NCBI GenBank assembly: GCA_045597865.1
Contig: JAZLKX010000025.1
Coordinates: 64,001-128,000 of the forward strand
Origin: Bacilli bacterium
GTDB taxonomy: Bacteria > Bacillota_I > Bacilli_A > RFN20 > CAG-826
Length of the DNA: 64,000 nt
Direction of reading: 5' to 3'
Shown here: piece after piece, positions 28,977-39,674 of the stretch
Layout of the letters: the number at the start of each line of letters is the position of its first letter
Numbering within the stretch: position 1 is the stretch's first letter
Program-made: the position numbers and the translations under genes
Notes under the pieces: model-generated
What the model was told of the DNA's origin: nothing
Databases searched by the model: none
The model's input: the letters and a program-made list of their open reading frames with translations, nothing else

Positions 28977-31676
28977 ATGGAATTTAAAGACACATTACTC
29001 ATGCCAAAGACTAATTTTGAAATGAGAGGAAATCTTCCAACTAAGGAACCTCTTTTAGTCAAGAAATGGCAAGATGAAGATTTATATGGAGAAATGTTAA
29101 AGAATCGTGAGGGAAATAAACCTTTTGCTTTCCACGATGGTCCTCCATACGCCAATGGTGACATGCACTGCGGTCATATGCTCAATCGTATCCTTAAGGA
29201 TATTATTGTGAGAGAAAAGACAATGCAAGGCTACTATGTCCCATTCATTTTTGGATTTGATACACATGGTCTTCCAATTGAAAACCAAGTTATTAAATCA
29301 GGTGTTAACCGTAAAACTACTCCTACAAGTGAATTTAGACAAAAATGTAGAGACTATGCTTACACCCAAGTAAAAAGACAACAAGATCAAATTGTTAGAC
29401 TTGGAATTATGGGTGACTACAAGAACGCCTACAAGACACTTGAAAATCAATTCGAAGCTAATCAAATTGAAGTCTTTGCAACTATGGCTCTTAAAGGTCT
29501 TATTTACAAAGGACTTAAACCAGTTTATTGGTCTTGGTCAAGTGAATCTGCTTTAGCAGAAGCCGAAATTGAATACAAAGACGTTAAGTCATATGCAATT
29601 TATGTTGCATTCGATATGATTGATGGAAAAGGTGTAGTTCCAGCAGGTTCAAAAGCTGTTATATGGACAACAACTCCTTACTCACTTCCATCAAACCTTG
29701 CAATCTCAGTTAACCCAAGATTTAACTATGGTTTATATCACACCGAAAAAGGTGATTTCATTCTATTAGAAGAAAATTCTGCAGCTCTTAAAGAAGAACT
29801 TGGATTTGAAACATTTGAACTTGTCAAAACATTCAAGGGAAGAGAACTTGAAGGCTGTAAAGCAAAACATCCTTTCTATGAAAGAGAATCAGTTTTCCTT
29901 CTTGGAGATCACGTTACAAATGATTCAGGTACAGGTTTAGTTCATACAGCCCCAGGTCTTGGTGTTGATGACTATAACGTTTGTGCAAAATATGGAATTA
30001 AACCATATTGCCCAATCGATAACTTTGGTAGATTAACTGCAGAATGTGGTGAAAAACTCAATGGTCTCTTCTATGAAGAGTCAAATGCAGTCATTCTTGA
30101 TATGCTCCGTGAAAATGGTGCATTAATCAAAGAAGGCGAAATCATTCACTCTTATCCACATGACTGGAGAACTGGTAAACCAGTTATCTTTAGATCTACT
30201 CCACAATGGTTCTGTTCCATCGGAAAGATTAAAGATGAACTTTTAGAGCAAGTTAACAAAGTTAATTGGATTCCGGCATGGGGCAAAGATAGAATGACCA
30301 ACATGATTAAAGATCGTAACGATTGGTGTATTTCTAGACAAAGAGTTTGGGGTGTTCCAATCCCAATCATTTATTGTGAAGATGAAACTCCAATTATCGA
30401 AAAAGAAGTCTTTGATCATATCGTTAAAGTATTCAAAGAATACGGAAGCGATATTTGGTATGAAAAGGATGCAGATTTCTTCCTTCCAGAAGGGTATAAG
30501 AATGAACATTCTCCAAATGGTAAATTCACAAAAGAAAAAGACATCATGGACGTTTGGTTTGACTCAGGTTCATCTTTCGATGCTGTTTTAAGAAAACGTT
30601 TAGGTTATGACCAATCAGAACTCTACCTTGAAGGTAGCGACCAATATCGTGGTTGGTTTAACTCCTCACTTACAATTTCAACCGCAATCCAAGGTAAAGC
30701 CCCATATAAAGCTGTTGTCTCACACGGTTGGGTTTTAGATGAACACGGTGAACAAATGCACAAGTCCAAAGGAAATGGTGTTGATCCAATCAAGATGTGT
30801 AACATGTTTGGTGCAGACATCCTTAGACTTTGGGTTGCCACAATTAACTATCAACAAGATGTTAGAATTTCAGAAAACTTACTTAGACAAGTTGCTGAAC
30901 AATATCGTAAGATTCGTAACACATTTAAGTTCTTACTTGGTAACATTTCTGACTTTGATCCAAAGGCAAATATGGTAAAAGAATTTGCTCCAGTTGATAC
31001 CTACATTTTAGCAAGACTTGAAGAAGTCAAAAACGATGCAATTGATGCATTCGATAGATATGATTTTGCGACTGCAATGAGCAAGATTATGACCTTCATG
31101 TCATTCGATATGTCTAGCTTCTATCTCGACATTGGAAAAGACATTTTATATTGTGATGCAAAGGATTCTTTAAGAAGAAGACAAATGCAATCTGTTATCT
31201 ACAAAGTTAGCTCAGTTTTGCTTAGACTTCTTACTCCAGTTATCCCATTCACAATGGAAGAAGTTCATCAAAATATGCCAGATTTCACGGGGAAATCCGC
31301 GCAATTACTCGATTATCCTACAAAATCTAACGAGTATGGCGAAAGCTATTTAGGAGCCTACAAGAAGTTCCTTGAACTCCGTGATGCAGTTAATAAAAAA
31401 CTTGAAGAAGCACGTAATTCTAACGTCATCGGATCAAGTCAAGAAGCACTTGTTGTTCTTCCGAATTCTGCAAAAGAAATTGTTGGAGATAGTGCTTTAG
31501 ATGTCGCAAAATTATTCATTGTTTCTAAAGTTGAATTTATGGATGTTAAAGAAGTTGAAGCACATCACATCGAAGCTCAAAAATGTCTAAGATGTTGGAA
31601 CTATGTTGATAAGCTTTATAAGGTAGACGATGAAAGCGAAGTCTGTGAACGTTGCTTACATGTATTAGGTAAATAA
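28977..31676 (+). CDS. ileS: Isoleucine-tRNA ligase (type 1)
   Basis: HDGPPYANG, WTTTP, DWCISRQR, EGSDQYRGWF, C-terminal zinc finger CLRCW..CERC. Confidence 0.97.
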   Translation: MEFKDTLLMPKTNFEMRGNLPTKEPLLVKKWQDEDLYGEMLKNREGNKPFAFHDGPPYANGDMHCGHMLNRILKDIIVREKTMQGYYVPFIFGFDTHGLPIENQVIKSGVNRKTTPTSEFRQKCRDYAYTQVKRQQDQIVRLGIMGDYKNAYKTLENQFEANQIEVFATMALKGLIYKGLKPVYWSWSSESALAEAEIEYKDVKSYAIYVAFDMIDGKGVVPAGSKAVIWTTTPYSLPSNLAISVNPRFNYGLYHTEKGDFILLEENSAALKEELGFETFELVKTFKGRELEGCKAKHPFYERESVFLLGDHVTNDSGTGLVHTAPGLGVDDYNVCAKYGIKPYCPIDNFGRLTAECGEKLNGLFYEESNAVILDMLRENGALIKEGEIIHSYPHDWRTGKPVIFRSTPQWFCSIGKIKDELLEQVNKVNWIPAWGKDRMTNMIKDRNDWCISRQRVWGVPIPIIYCEDETPIIEKEVFDHIVKVFKEYGSDIWYEKDADFFLPEGYKNEHSPNGKFTKEKDIMDVWFDSGSSFDAVLRKRLGYDQSELYLEGSDQYRGWFNSSLTISTAIQGKAPYKAVVSHGWVLDEHGEQMHKSKGNGVDPIKMCNMFGADILRLWVATINYQQDVRISENLLRQVAEQYRKIRNTFKFLLGNISDFDPKANMVKEFAPVDTYILARLEEVKNDAIDAFDRYDFATAMSKIMTFMSFDMSSFYLDIGKDILYCDAKDSLRRRQMQSVIYKVSSVLLRLLTPVIPFTMEEVHQNMPDFTGKSAQLLDYPTKSNEYGESYLGAYKKFLELRDAVNKKLEEARNSNVIGSSQEALVVLPNSAKEIVGDSALDVAKLFIVSKVEFMDVKEVEAHHIEAQKCLRCWNYVDKLYKVDDESEVCERCLHVLGK

Positions 31677-31678
31677 TT

Positions 31679-32335
31679 ATGAAAGAGTTCTTTAAGAAAA
31701 TATTCACTAAAGAGAATATGAAGAAATTCTTCTTCTCTTTCATTTGGCTTATGGTTTTAGTCTTTGCACTTGACATTATGTCTAAATGGTTAGTGTGCAA
31801 TCACTTTAATAAAGTCATTACTACTGATAAATATGAAATGATAAAAATCATTCCAAATTTCCTTTATATTGGCCTTTCCTTTAATAAAGGAGCTGCGTGG
31901 TCAATTGGTGCAGGATCATCTGCTGGAAGAATAATTTTCATTATTATTTCAGTGGTCTTAGGTGGTGCACTTATTGCTTATTATGCATATGCATCTCGTA
32001 AAGGAAAATTAAATACAGTTATGAAAATTTCATTAGCACTTATGATTGCTGGTGCTATTGGTAACTTAATCGATAGAGCGTTCTATTGGGAATCCACAGT
32101 TGGTTTTAGTGGTGTTATTGACTGGATTTCAGTTTATTTCGGTTCATATTCATTCCCAATCTTTAACATAGCAGATTCTGCTTTAGTAGTGGGTGTTATT
32201 ATTCTTCTTGTTTACGTCATTATTGAATCGATTCAAGATGCAATTAAGGCAGGAAAAGAAGGAGAATATAAATATTCTCCAAAGGAATTACAAGAAAAAG
32301 AACAAGTTAAAAATGAAGACAATCAAGATAAATAA
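31679..32335 (+). CDS. lspA: Lipoprotein signal peptidase II
   Basis: NKGAAWS, GAIGNLIDR, VIDWI, FNIADS. Confidence 0.93.
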   Translation: MKEFFKKIFTKENMKKFFFSFIWLMVLVFALDIMSKWLVCNHFNKVITTDKYEMIKIIPNFLYIGLSFNKGAAWSIGAGSSAGRIIFIIISVVLGGALIAYYAYASRKGKLNTVMKISLALMIAGAIGNLIDRAFYWESTVGFSGVIDWISVYFGSYSFPIFNIADSALVVGVIILLVYVIIESIQDAIKAGKEGEYKYSPKELQEKEQVKNEDNQDK

Positions 32336-33215
32336 AGATTTAGAGAACACTAGACTTGATAAGGCATTATCTCTTCTTTTAGAAGATGTTTCTAGAAGCA
32401 AGATTCAAGAACATCTCGATAATGGCCTTATTTTAGTGAACTCTAAAAAAGAAAAATCTTCATATAAACTTAGAGAAAATGATGAAATTACAGTGGAAGA
32501 TTTCCCAGTTAAATCATTAGAAGTTGAAGCTGAAGATATTCCACTTGATATTGTCTATGAAGATAACGATGTTATTGTTATTAATAAACCTAAGGGTTTA
32601 GTTGTTCATCCAGGCGCTGGAAATGAAGAACACACTTTAGCAAATGCACTTAAATTTCACAGCGATTCTTTAAGCACAATTAATGGTGAATATAGACCAG
32701 GAATTGTTCATCGTATTGATAAAGATACCGCAGGCTTATTAATTGTTGCAAAAAATGATGCTGCTCACGCATTCCTTTCTAACCAACTTTCTGATCATAC
32801 ATTAGGAAGAAAATACTATGCTTTAGTTCTTGGCGTTATTAAAGAGAACGAAGGCAAGATTATTGCACCTATTGGTCGTGATCAAAAGTATCGCCAAAAA
32901 ATGGCGGTGGATATGATGCACGGAAAAGATGCAGAAACATCATTTAAAGTTATTGAAAGGTTTAAAGATTCTACTTTAGTAGAATGTATCTTAAAAACTG
33001 GACGTACACACCAGATTCGTGTACATATGGATTACATTGGTCATCCAGTTATTGGAGACCCAATTTATGGCAAAGGAAATAGAGCCTTCTATGACGATGG
33101 TCAATTACTCTTTGCTCATGAGATTCATTTTATTCATCCAGCAACAAAAAAGGAGATGACTTTCTCAGTCGATCTCCCTAAGTATTTTGTGGATGTAATT
33201 ACTTCGCTTCGATAA
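32313..33215 (+). CDS. rluD: RluA/RluD family pseudouridine synthase
   Basis: S4 domain RLDKAL; NKPKGLVVHP, HRIDKDT, GRTHQIRVH. Confidence 0.9.
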   Translation: MKTIKINKDLENTRLDKALSLLLEDVSRSKIQEHLDNGLILVNSKKEKSSYKLRENDEITVEDFPVKSLEVEAEDIPLDIVYEDNDVIVINKPKGLVVHPGAGNEEHTLANALKFHSDSLSTINGEYRPGIVHRIDKDTAGLLIVAKNDAAHAFLSNQLSDHTLGRKYYALVLGVIKENEGKIIAPIGRDQKYRQKMAVDMMHGKDAETSFKVIERFKDSTLVECILKTGRTHQIRVHMDYIGHPVIGDPIYGKGNRAFYDDGQLLFAHEIHFIHPATKKEMTFSVDLPKYFVDVITSLR

Positions 33216-34122
33216 CTTCTTTGTAGTTAGCGAAATTCTTCTTACAAACTTTATTGAATTCGGTAATTCCGAATTTTTTTACGAATTCTTTTGCAAATTC
33301 AGTAACTTTTGCACTTGCTCCGTATGGAATTTTCATACCATATTTTTCTGATAATAAATTCATGTGTTGAATGAATGAATAACGAGCGATAATGCTACCG
33401 ACTGCAACAGACGGGAAGTAAGTTTCACCTTTTGTTTTGAAGGTAATTCCTCTTACAACTTCAGTTTCAAAGAAGACATATTTGTAATAATTTTCTTCTT
33501 TTAAGAATTCATCAACTAGGATGTTTGTAACATCGCAATGTTTCTTGTGAAGGTTGAACAAAACACGGTTGTGCATCTTGGCTTTCATCTCGTTCATGTT
33601 CATCTTTTTATCCACAAGTTCATTATATTTTTCATTATTCAATGAAAGTTGTGAATATTCGAATTCTTTAATGAGAATTTTGCCAATCTCCATAATTTGA
33701 GCATCACTAAGACGTTTTGAATCATCAACGCCAAGAGCTTTTAATCTCTTAATGTCTTGTTTTCTTACATATGCAGCACAAACACAGATTGGTCCGAATA
33801 AGTCTCCGGTGCCAACTTCATCTGATCCAATTTGATCATCAAGAATTTCCCACGATGCTTTTGTAGGATTTTTCTTTTCTTTTGGCTCATTTGGTTCAGC
33901 ATTTTCGTCCCAGCGTTTTGCCTCATTAAGAGCATTTTCTCCAATGAACATAACCTTGTGATAGTTTTCTTTTTTGGAATGGTAGACTGTAATTGTTAAG
34001 TCTTTTGTTTGTCCAAAAAATAGGATGTACTCACCCTTGTTTTCTTTTTGAATTGAACCGTAATAATTAACGATTCTGTCCTTCATTTCTGAAGTTGCTT
34101 CAACTAAAACTCTTTGATTCAT
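33199..34122 (-). CDS. rnhC: Ribonuclease HIII
   Basis: IGSDEVGTGD, GVDDSK, VAVGSIIAR, plus N-terminal TBP-like extension. Confidence 0.92.
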   Translation of the reverse strand: MNQRVLVEATSEMKDRIVNYYGSIQKENKGEYILFFGQTKDLTITVYHSKKENYHKVMFIGENALNEAKRWDENAEPNEPKEKKNPTKASWEILDDQIGSDEVGTGDLFGPICVCAAYVRKQDIKRLKALGVDDSKRLSDAQIMEIGKILIKEFEYSQLSLNNEKYNELVDKKMNMNEMKAKMHNRVLFNLHKKHCDVTNILVDEFLKEENYYKYVFFETEVVRGITFKTKGETYFPSVAVGSIIARYSFIQHMNLLSEKYGMKIPYGASAKVTEFAKEFVKKFGITEFNKVCKKNFANYKEVIEAK

Positions 34123-34243
34123 AATTTAATTTTAACATAACGCACATAATAAATAAATTAATTTTTTAATTTTCTTTGAAAATTGCAATTTTAATAAATT
34201 GATTTTTCTTGACTTATTTTGTGTCAATTGATTTAATATAAAC

Positions 34244-34310
34244 ACTTGAAGTTTAAGACTTCGATACCCGTTCCTAGCATAAAAAATGATACGCAGGGCG
34301 GGATTTTTTT
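34244..34310 (+). ncRNA. Putative small RNA unit A, convergent with ORF 34309..34710
   Basis: TTGACT(34209)-17-TTTAAT promoter, gaagt/acttc hairpin, cccgttcct/agggcggg hairpin, T7. Confidence 0.45.
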
Positions 34311-34710
34311 ATCTCCATTTTTTCTTTAATCTCTGATGATTATCTTTATATGAAACAAAATGAGGATGTTTAAAAGCAAAATCTTTTATTTTTTTAGCCG
34401 AACTACTTGATACTTTTTCAATAATAATTTCTCCATCCAAAAAACTTATAGGGTGTCCACCAACTGTTGTTGAATAAATATCTCTTGTTATGCCACTATC
34501 TGCGTACTCAGAGAGTTCCTTTAAGCGAATATGACCAATTATACCTTTATTTGCCATATCTACTTTTTTAAAATTTGGCCTCGCAATATGTGTTAATTGA
34601 ATAGCTAAATTTTCTCCGCTTTTTTTGTTAGTGAAAATTGCATAGTAATGATAGTTATCATTTTTTCCATCTAAACTCATTTTAGAATCTTGAATTTTAA
34701 CAACCTTCAT
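34309..34710 (-). CDS. Hypothetical basic protein, possible PemK/MazF-like fold
   Basis: 133 aa ORF; HYYAIF...LAIQLTH resembles the beta-strand/PLT pattern of MazF-fold RNases (weak). Confidence 0.45.
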   Translation of the reverse strand: MKVVKIQDSKMSLDGKNDNYHYYAIFTNKKSGENLAIQLTHIARPNFKKVDMANKGIIGHIRLKELSEYADSGITRDIYSTTVGGHPISFLDGEIIIEKVSSSSAKKIKDFAFKHPHFVSYKDNHQRLKKKWR

Positions 34711-34847
34711 TTATTGATTTTTAACAAAAAACTTGGTTTAAAATAAATACTCACTTTTAAATGAGTTTGCCACAAATGAGCTGAATAGGTTCGGTAACAT
34801 TTTTTTTATTGCCTTGACTTTGTTTAAATCATTTGATTTAATCTAAT

Positions 34848-34902
34848 TGCGCAAGAATTTTATTCTTAAACCTAGGCCGATTGACTGCCTGGGTTTTCTT
34901 TT
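34848..34902 (+). ncRNA. Putative small RNA unit C
   Basis: TTGACT(34814)-17-TTTAAT promoter, aagaat/attctt hairpin, aaacctaggc/gcctgggttt terminator, T run. Confidence 0.4.
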
Positions 34903-35093
34903 ATTTTTGTGTGCGTTTTTTGTTAACTCCTTTCAATATATATTTCAGGTAAATTTGTCATTTCCGATAAAAAACTTTTTAGACTTACAAAGTAAGTCTG
35001 TTTTTTTACTCAAAATTCTGAAATCTCATAAGAACTTAAGTTTTTCGTGATTTTTGTAATTTTATAGATATAAACTGTGATATCATAATTGAT

Positions 35094-37409
35094 ATGCTCG
35101 ATATATATGGCACTTTAGAAATTAGCAAAGTACTTGAAGAAATTTCTTCTTTTTCATCCACTGAACTTGGCAAGAAGAAAGTCTTATCTTTAAGAATGCT
35201 TGAAAAAGAAGATGCAATTAAATCGCTTAAGCTTGTTGATGAAATGTCTTCTTTCATTCTTAGATATGGTTCTCTTCCAATTGCATCTTCTTTTGATCTT
35301 GCAAAATACATTGAGACTGCTAGAAAAGGAGGAATCCTTACTCCAGCAGAACTTGATCATATCGCCCTTGATATTTTAACTGCTAAAAAGATAAGCGATT
35401 TCTTTAGAAAAGCGGAGAAATCACTTTATTTTAATTTACTTAATGTAGTGGGGAAACTATATGATATTTCTCCGCTTGAATTAAAAATTCACTCTGTAAT
35501 TGCACCAAACTTATTTATTAAGGATGATGCATCTCCAACTCTTAATAAGATTAGAACTGCAATTCATAAACAAGAATTCGAAGTTAGACGAATTGCAGGA
35601 GCTCTTATTAAGCATTACAGTGAATTTTTAACTGAACAAACAATCACAATTAGAAATGATCACTTCGTCTTACCAGTAGATACTGCAAATAAATCTAAAG
35701 TCCCTGGTATTATTCATGATATTTCAGATTCTGGACAAACAACCTTCATCGAACCAATGAATTTAGTTCAGATGTCAAATGAACTTTGTTCATTAAAGGT
35801 TGAAGAGAAAGAAGAAATATATCGTTTACTAAAAGAATTAACTTTAGAAGTTGATTCTTATGCAAACGAGATTAACTCTAATAACAATGTTATTGGTGAG
35901 TTAGACTTTATTGCATCCAAAGCAAGTTATGGAAATAAACATAATTGCTTGGTTGCAAATATTAGCGACGATAAAGTTATAGAACTTGTCGGCGCTCGTC
36001 ATCCATTAATTGATGAAGATAAAGTAGTCGCTAACGATTTTACATTTAATAAAGAACAAAGAATCATTGTTATTTCTGGACCAAATGCCGGTGGCAAAAC
36101 TGTTGCCTTAAAAACACTTGGTCTTATGGTTATGATGAGCCAAATGGGAATTGCGATTCCTGCAAAAGAGCCAGCAAATCTCGCATATTTTCCACGAATT
36201 TACGCAGATATTGGAGATAACCAATCTCTTAGCGATAACCTATCTACGTTCGCTGCACACGTCTCAAATCTTTCTACAATTACACACTTTGTAACACATA
36301 AAGATTTAGTTCTTTTAGATGAACTTGGAACTGGAACTTCTCCAAATGAAGGAGAGGCTTTAGCACTTGCAGTAAGTGATTTCTTGCTTAACAAAAATTG
36401 TTTTGCGTTAATCTCATCTCACTTTGAGAGAATGAAAGAATACGCCTACCGCAGGGAAGGCGTTCAAAATGCAATGATGGTCTTTGATGATAAGAAGCTT
36501 ATTCCAACTTATTCATTAAAGATTGGATTCCCAGGTATATCTTATGGACTTGAGATGGCAATTCGTTATCATTTAGACAAAGATGTTATTGAGTCTGCAA
36601 AGAAAAACTTGTCAAAGACAAGCAATAGATCAATCTCAGATGTTTTAGATAAACTTAACAATGTTCTTCATGAGAATGAACAAATAAATAAGAAACTCAA
36701 AGAAGACAAACGTTTACTTGAAGGAAAAACAAAAGATATCAACTATCAAAGCAAAGTTTTACAAAGTAAGAAAGAAAATCTCTTAAGCGATGTTGAAGAA
36801 ACAAAACAAGAAATGATTGCTAAAGCAAAAAGAGAAATTGATGAAGCTTTGAAAGTTATGAATAATCCTCATGCTAAAGCTCATGAATTGATTGAAGCAA
36901 AAACAAAACTTTCTAAGATGGCTGAAGTTAGCGAAGACTTCCAAGAAGAAGACGATGAAATTCAACTTAACGATTATGTTGAAGTTGCAGAACTTTCACT
37001 GATCGGAAAAGTAGTGAAGATTAATAAAGATAAAGTTGAAATTATTACAACAGATGGAATGTCTGTTAAATCAACTCTTAATAAGTTAAGAAAAGTTTCA
37101 GTTGTGCCTGAAGCCAAGAAAACATCAAAACAAAATGTTGATGATTTGGTTATGGGCAAATCACAAGTTAAACTTGAACTTAATTTAATTGGAAAACACG
37201 TTGATGAAGCAATTCCAGAACTTGCTAAATATTTAGATGATTGTTTAGTTAGACACTTCAAAGAAGTGAGAATCATACACGGAATGGGAACAGGAGCACT
37301 TAGAGATGCTGTTAGAGATTATCTCGACAGCTGCGATTTTGTTGACTCGTATCGTTATGGCGAATCCTTTGAAGGTGCAACTGGAGCAACGGTGGTAACG
37401 TTAAAATGA
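35094..37409 (+). CDS. mutS2: Endonuclease MutS2
   Basis: ISGPNAGGKT, ADIGDNQS, LDELGTGT, C-terminal Smr IIHGMGTGALR. Confidence 0.95.
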   Translation: MLDIYGTLEISKVLEEISSFSSTELGKKKVLSLRMLEKEDAIKSLKLVDEMSSFILRYGSLPIASSFDLAKYIETARKGGILTPAELDHIALDILTAKKISDFFRKAEKSLYFNLLNVVGKLYDISPLELKIHSVIAPNLFIKDDASPTLNKIRTAIHKQEFEVRRIAGALIKHYSEFLTEQTITIRNDHFVLPVDTANKSKVPGIIHDISDSGQTTFIEPMNLVQMSNELCSLKVEEKEEIYRLLKELTLEVDSYANEINSNNNVIGELDFIASKASYGNKHNCLVANISDDKVIELVGARHPLIDEDKVVANDFTFNKEQRIIVISGPNAGGKTVALKTLGLMVMMSQMGIAIPAKEPANLAYFPRIYADIGDNQSLSDNLSTFAAHVSNLSTITHFVTHKDLVLLDELGTGTSPNEGEALALAVSDFLLNKNCFALISSHFERMKEYAYRREGVQNAMMVFDDKKLIPTYSLKIGFPGISYGLEMAIRYHLDKDVIESAKKNLSKTSNRSISDVLDKLNNVLHENEQINKKLKEDKRLLEGKTKDINYQSKVLQSKKENLLSDVEETKQEMIAKAKREIDEALKVMNNPHAKAHELIEAKTKLSKMAEVSEDFQEEDDEIQLNDYVEVAELSLIGKVVKINKDKVEIITTDGMSVKSTLNKLRKVSVVPEAKKTSKQNVDDLVMGKSQVKLELNLIGKHVDEAIPELAKYLDDCLVRHFKEVRIIHGMGTGALRDAVRDYLDSCDFVDSYRYGESFEGATGATVVTLK

Positions 37410-39163
37410 CAGAAGCAGTAAAAGTTGCAATTCCATTACTTCCACGTAGACCTGGTTGCTACCTCATGAAGGATAAGGACAACAAGGTAATTTATGTAGG
37501 AAAAGCTAAGAACCTTTTTAATAGAGTTTCTCAGTATTTTTTACGTCCTCAAGTGGGTAAAGTTGCAGCAATGGTTAGTCATGTTGATCACTTCGAAACA
37601 ATCATTACAAAAACTGATAAAGAAGCATTCATTTTAGAGCTCAATTTAATTCATCAATATTACCCTCGTTATAACATACTTTTGAAGGACGCAAAACACT
37701 ATCCGTATATTGCTCTAAAAAAGAAGAATGATCCATACCTGAAAATTGCAAGGAATGACAAGGACAAAAACTACTATTATTTTGGTCCATTTCCAACCTC
37801 TGGATACGCTTATCAAGTCATCGATTTACTTAATAAATTATTCCCGACAAGAAAGTGTAGAAACGTTCCAAATGAACCATGTCTTTACTATCATATGGGT
37901 ATGTGTTTAGCGCCTTGTATCAACAAAGTTTCAGAGCAAGAAAATGACAAACTTTTTAATGAAATAAAAACCTTCTTGGAAGGAAATAATCCAGAAATTG
38001 CTAGGGAAATTAAAGAAAAAATGCAAATTGCTAGCGAAAACCTAGAGTTTGAAAAAGCAAATGATCTAAAGAAAACTTTAGATGCAATTGAACACGTCTT
38101 AGCAAAGCAAGGAGTAGAGAATAAAGACCACGTTAATCGTGATGTTTTCGCATACACAACTAGGGATGGTTATCTCTCACTTGCCATCTTAACTTACCGC
38201 AATGGATTACTACTTGGAAAAGAGAGCTATATTGTTGAAGAATTTGGAGACAATATTGAACAAATTTCTGACCTCATTTTCCAATACTATGAATCACACT
38301 CTTTACCAAAAGAAATTTTGATGAATATCGAAGGTGTTTCTGAGATACTTTCTCCGTTACTTGAAACCAAGTTTGTTTCGGTTACAAAAGGTAAGTTAAT
38401 TGAACTCATTGAAATGGCAAATTTGAATGCTGTTCAATCTTTAGATTCACACTTTATGTCTGCTAGACTTACCGATGATAATTCAGGGTTACTCGATGAC
38501 CTTGGAAATAGACTTGGAATTAAGACTCCATACCGAATCGAGCTTTTCGATAATTCACACATTCAAGGTGACGCTCCTGTTGGCGCAATGGTCGCATTTA
38601 TTAATGGTGAACCAGTGAAGAAAATGTATAGAAAGTTCAACATTGAAGGAAAAGAAAAACGTGATGATTATGCTTCTATGAAGGAAGTTATGACAAGACG
38701 TTATTCTCGTTTAAAAGAAAATGGTGATGAAATGCCAGATTTAATTTTAACTGATGGCGGGCTTGGACAAATTCACGCTGGATGTGAAGTTATAGATGAA
38801 CTTGGATTATCTATTCCTGTTTTTGGATTGTTTAAAAACGACAAGCACCAAACAAAAGGACTTATGGATAAAGACGGAAATGTAATATCACTTGAAGACA
38901 ATAAACCATTGTTTTTCTTACTTGTAAGAATGCAAGATGAAGTTCATAGATTTGCTATTGGATTTCACCATCAAAAACGTGGTAAGAATTTCACAAAGTC
39001 AATATTAGATGACATTGAAGGTTTAGGAGACAAGAGAAAGCAAATTGTTTTAGATCATTACACTGACATTGATATGCTTAAAAAAACAACAGTTGAAGAG
39101 TTGTCGCAATACCTTCCAAAAGATGTTGCAGAGCGAATTGTTAAGAAAATTAGTGAAAACTAA
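37406..39163 (+). CDS. uvrC: Excinuclease ABC subunit C
   Basis: PGCYLM..IYVGKAKNL, IELFDNSH, DLILTDGG, QDEVHRFA, HhH. Confidence 0.96.
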   Translation: MTEAVKVAIPLLPRRPGCYLMKDKDNKVIYVGKAKNLFNRVSQYFLRPQVGKVAAMVSHVDHFETIITKTDKEAFILELNLIHQYYPRYNILLKDAKHYPYIALKKKNDPYLKIARNDKDKNYYYFGPFPTSGYAYQVIDLLNKLFPTRKCRNVPNEPCLYYHMGMCLAPCINKVSEQENDKLFNEIKTFLEGNNPEIAREIKEKMQIASENLEFEKANDLKKTLDAIEHVLAKQGVENKDHVNRDVFAYTTRDGYLSLAILTYRNGLLLGKESYIVEEFGDNIEQISDLIFQYYESHSLPKEILMNIEGVSEILSPLLETKFVSVTKGKLIELIEMANLNAVQSLDSHFMSARLTDDNSGLLDDLGNRLGIKTPYRIELFDNSHIQGDAPVGAMVAFINGEPVKKMYRKFNIEGKEKRDDYASMKEVMTRRYSRLKENGDEMPDLILTDGGLGQIHAGCEVIDELGLSIPVFGLFKNDKHQTKGLMDKDGNVISLEDNKPLFFLLVRMQDEVHRFAIGFHHQKRGKNFTKSILDDIEGLGDKRKQIVLDHYTDIDMLKKTTVEELSQYLPKDVAERIVKKISEN

Positions 39164-39202
39164 TTGAAAAAGAAGGCAGTTTGCTCTATATTATTAGTCG
39201 TT

Positions 39203-39279
<77 letters not shown>

Positions 39280-39291
39280 CTATTACGAAAT

Positions 39292-39320
39292 AAAGATGAT
39301 AAATTTATCATCTTTTTTTT
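39292..39320 (+). terminator. Terminator after tRNA
   Basis: aaagatgataa/ttatcatcttt plus T run. Confidence 0.75.
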
Positions 39321-39674
39321 GTTTAATAAGCAACCGTTGTGTTATTTTTTGGCATAAAAGAATTCTCCAAACAATCTTTTTTGAACCACTCTCGGGATGA
39401 CTCAATTTTTAGCGAATTTGGTTTTAAGTCAGTTAAATTAATTCCTTTTAATATATTAATAAGATATATAACAAAGAAAGAAAATTGCTCTACTAAAACA
39501 AATGGAAAAAATAATAAAAAAATGATATAAAAAACTTAACTAAAAATGATGTTTAATTTTGATAAAAAATAGACGGAGAAATATATTAAAAAAATAACAA
39601 AAATCAAAGAACAAAATTGTACTAAATATTAAAAAATAGACTAGAGTCTACTTTTATATATCCTGAAAAATTAT

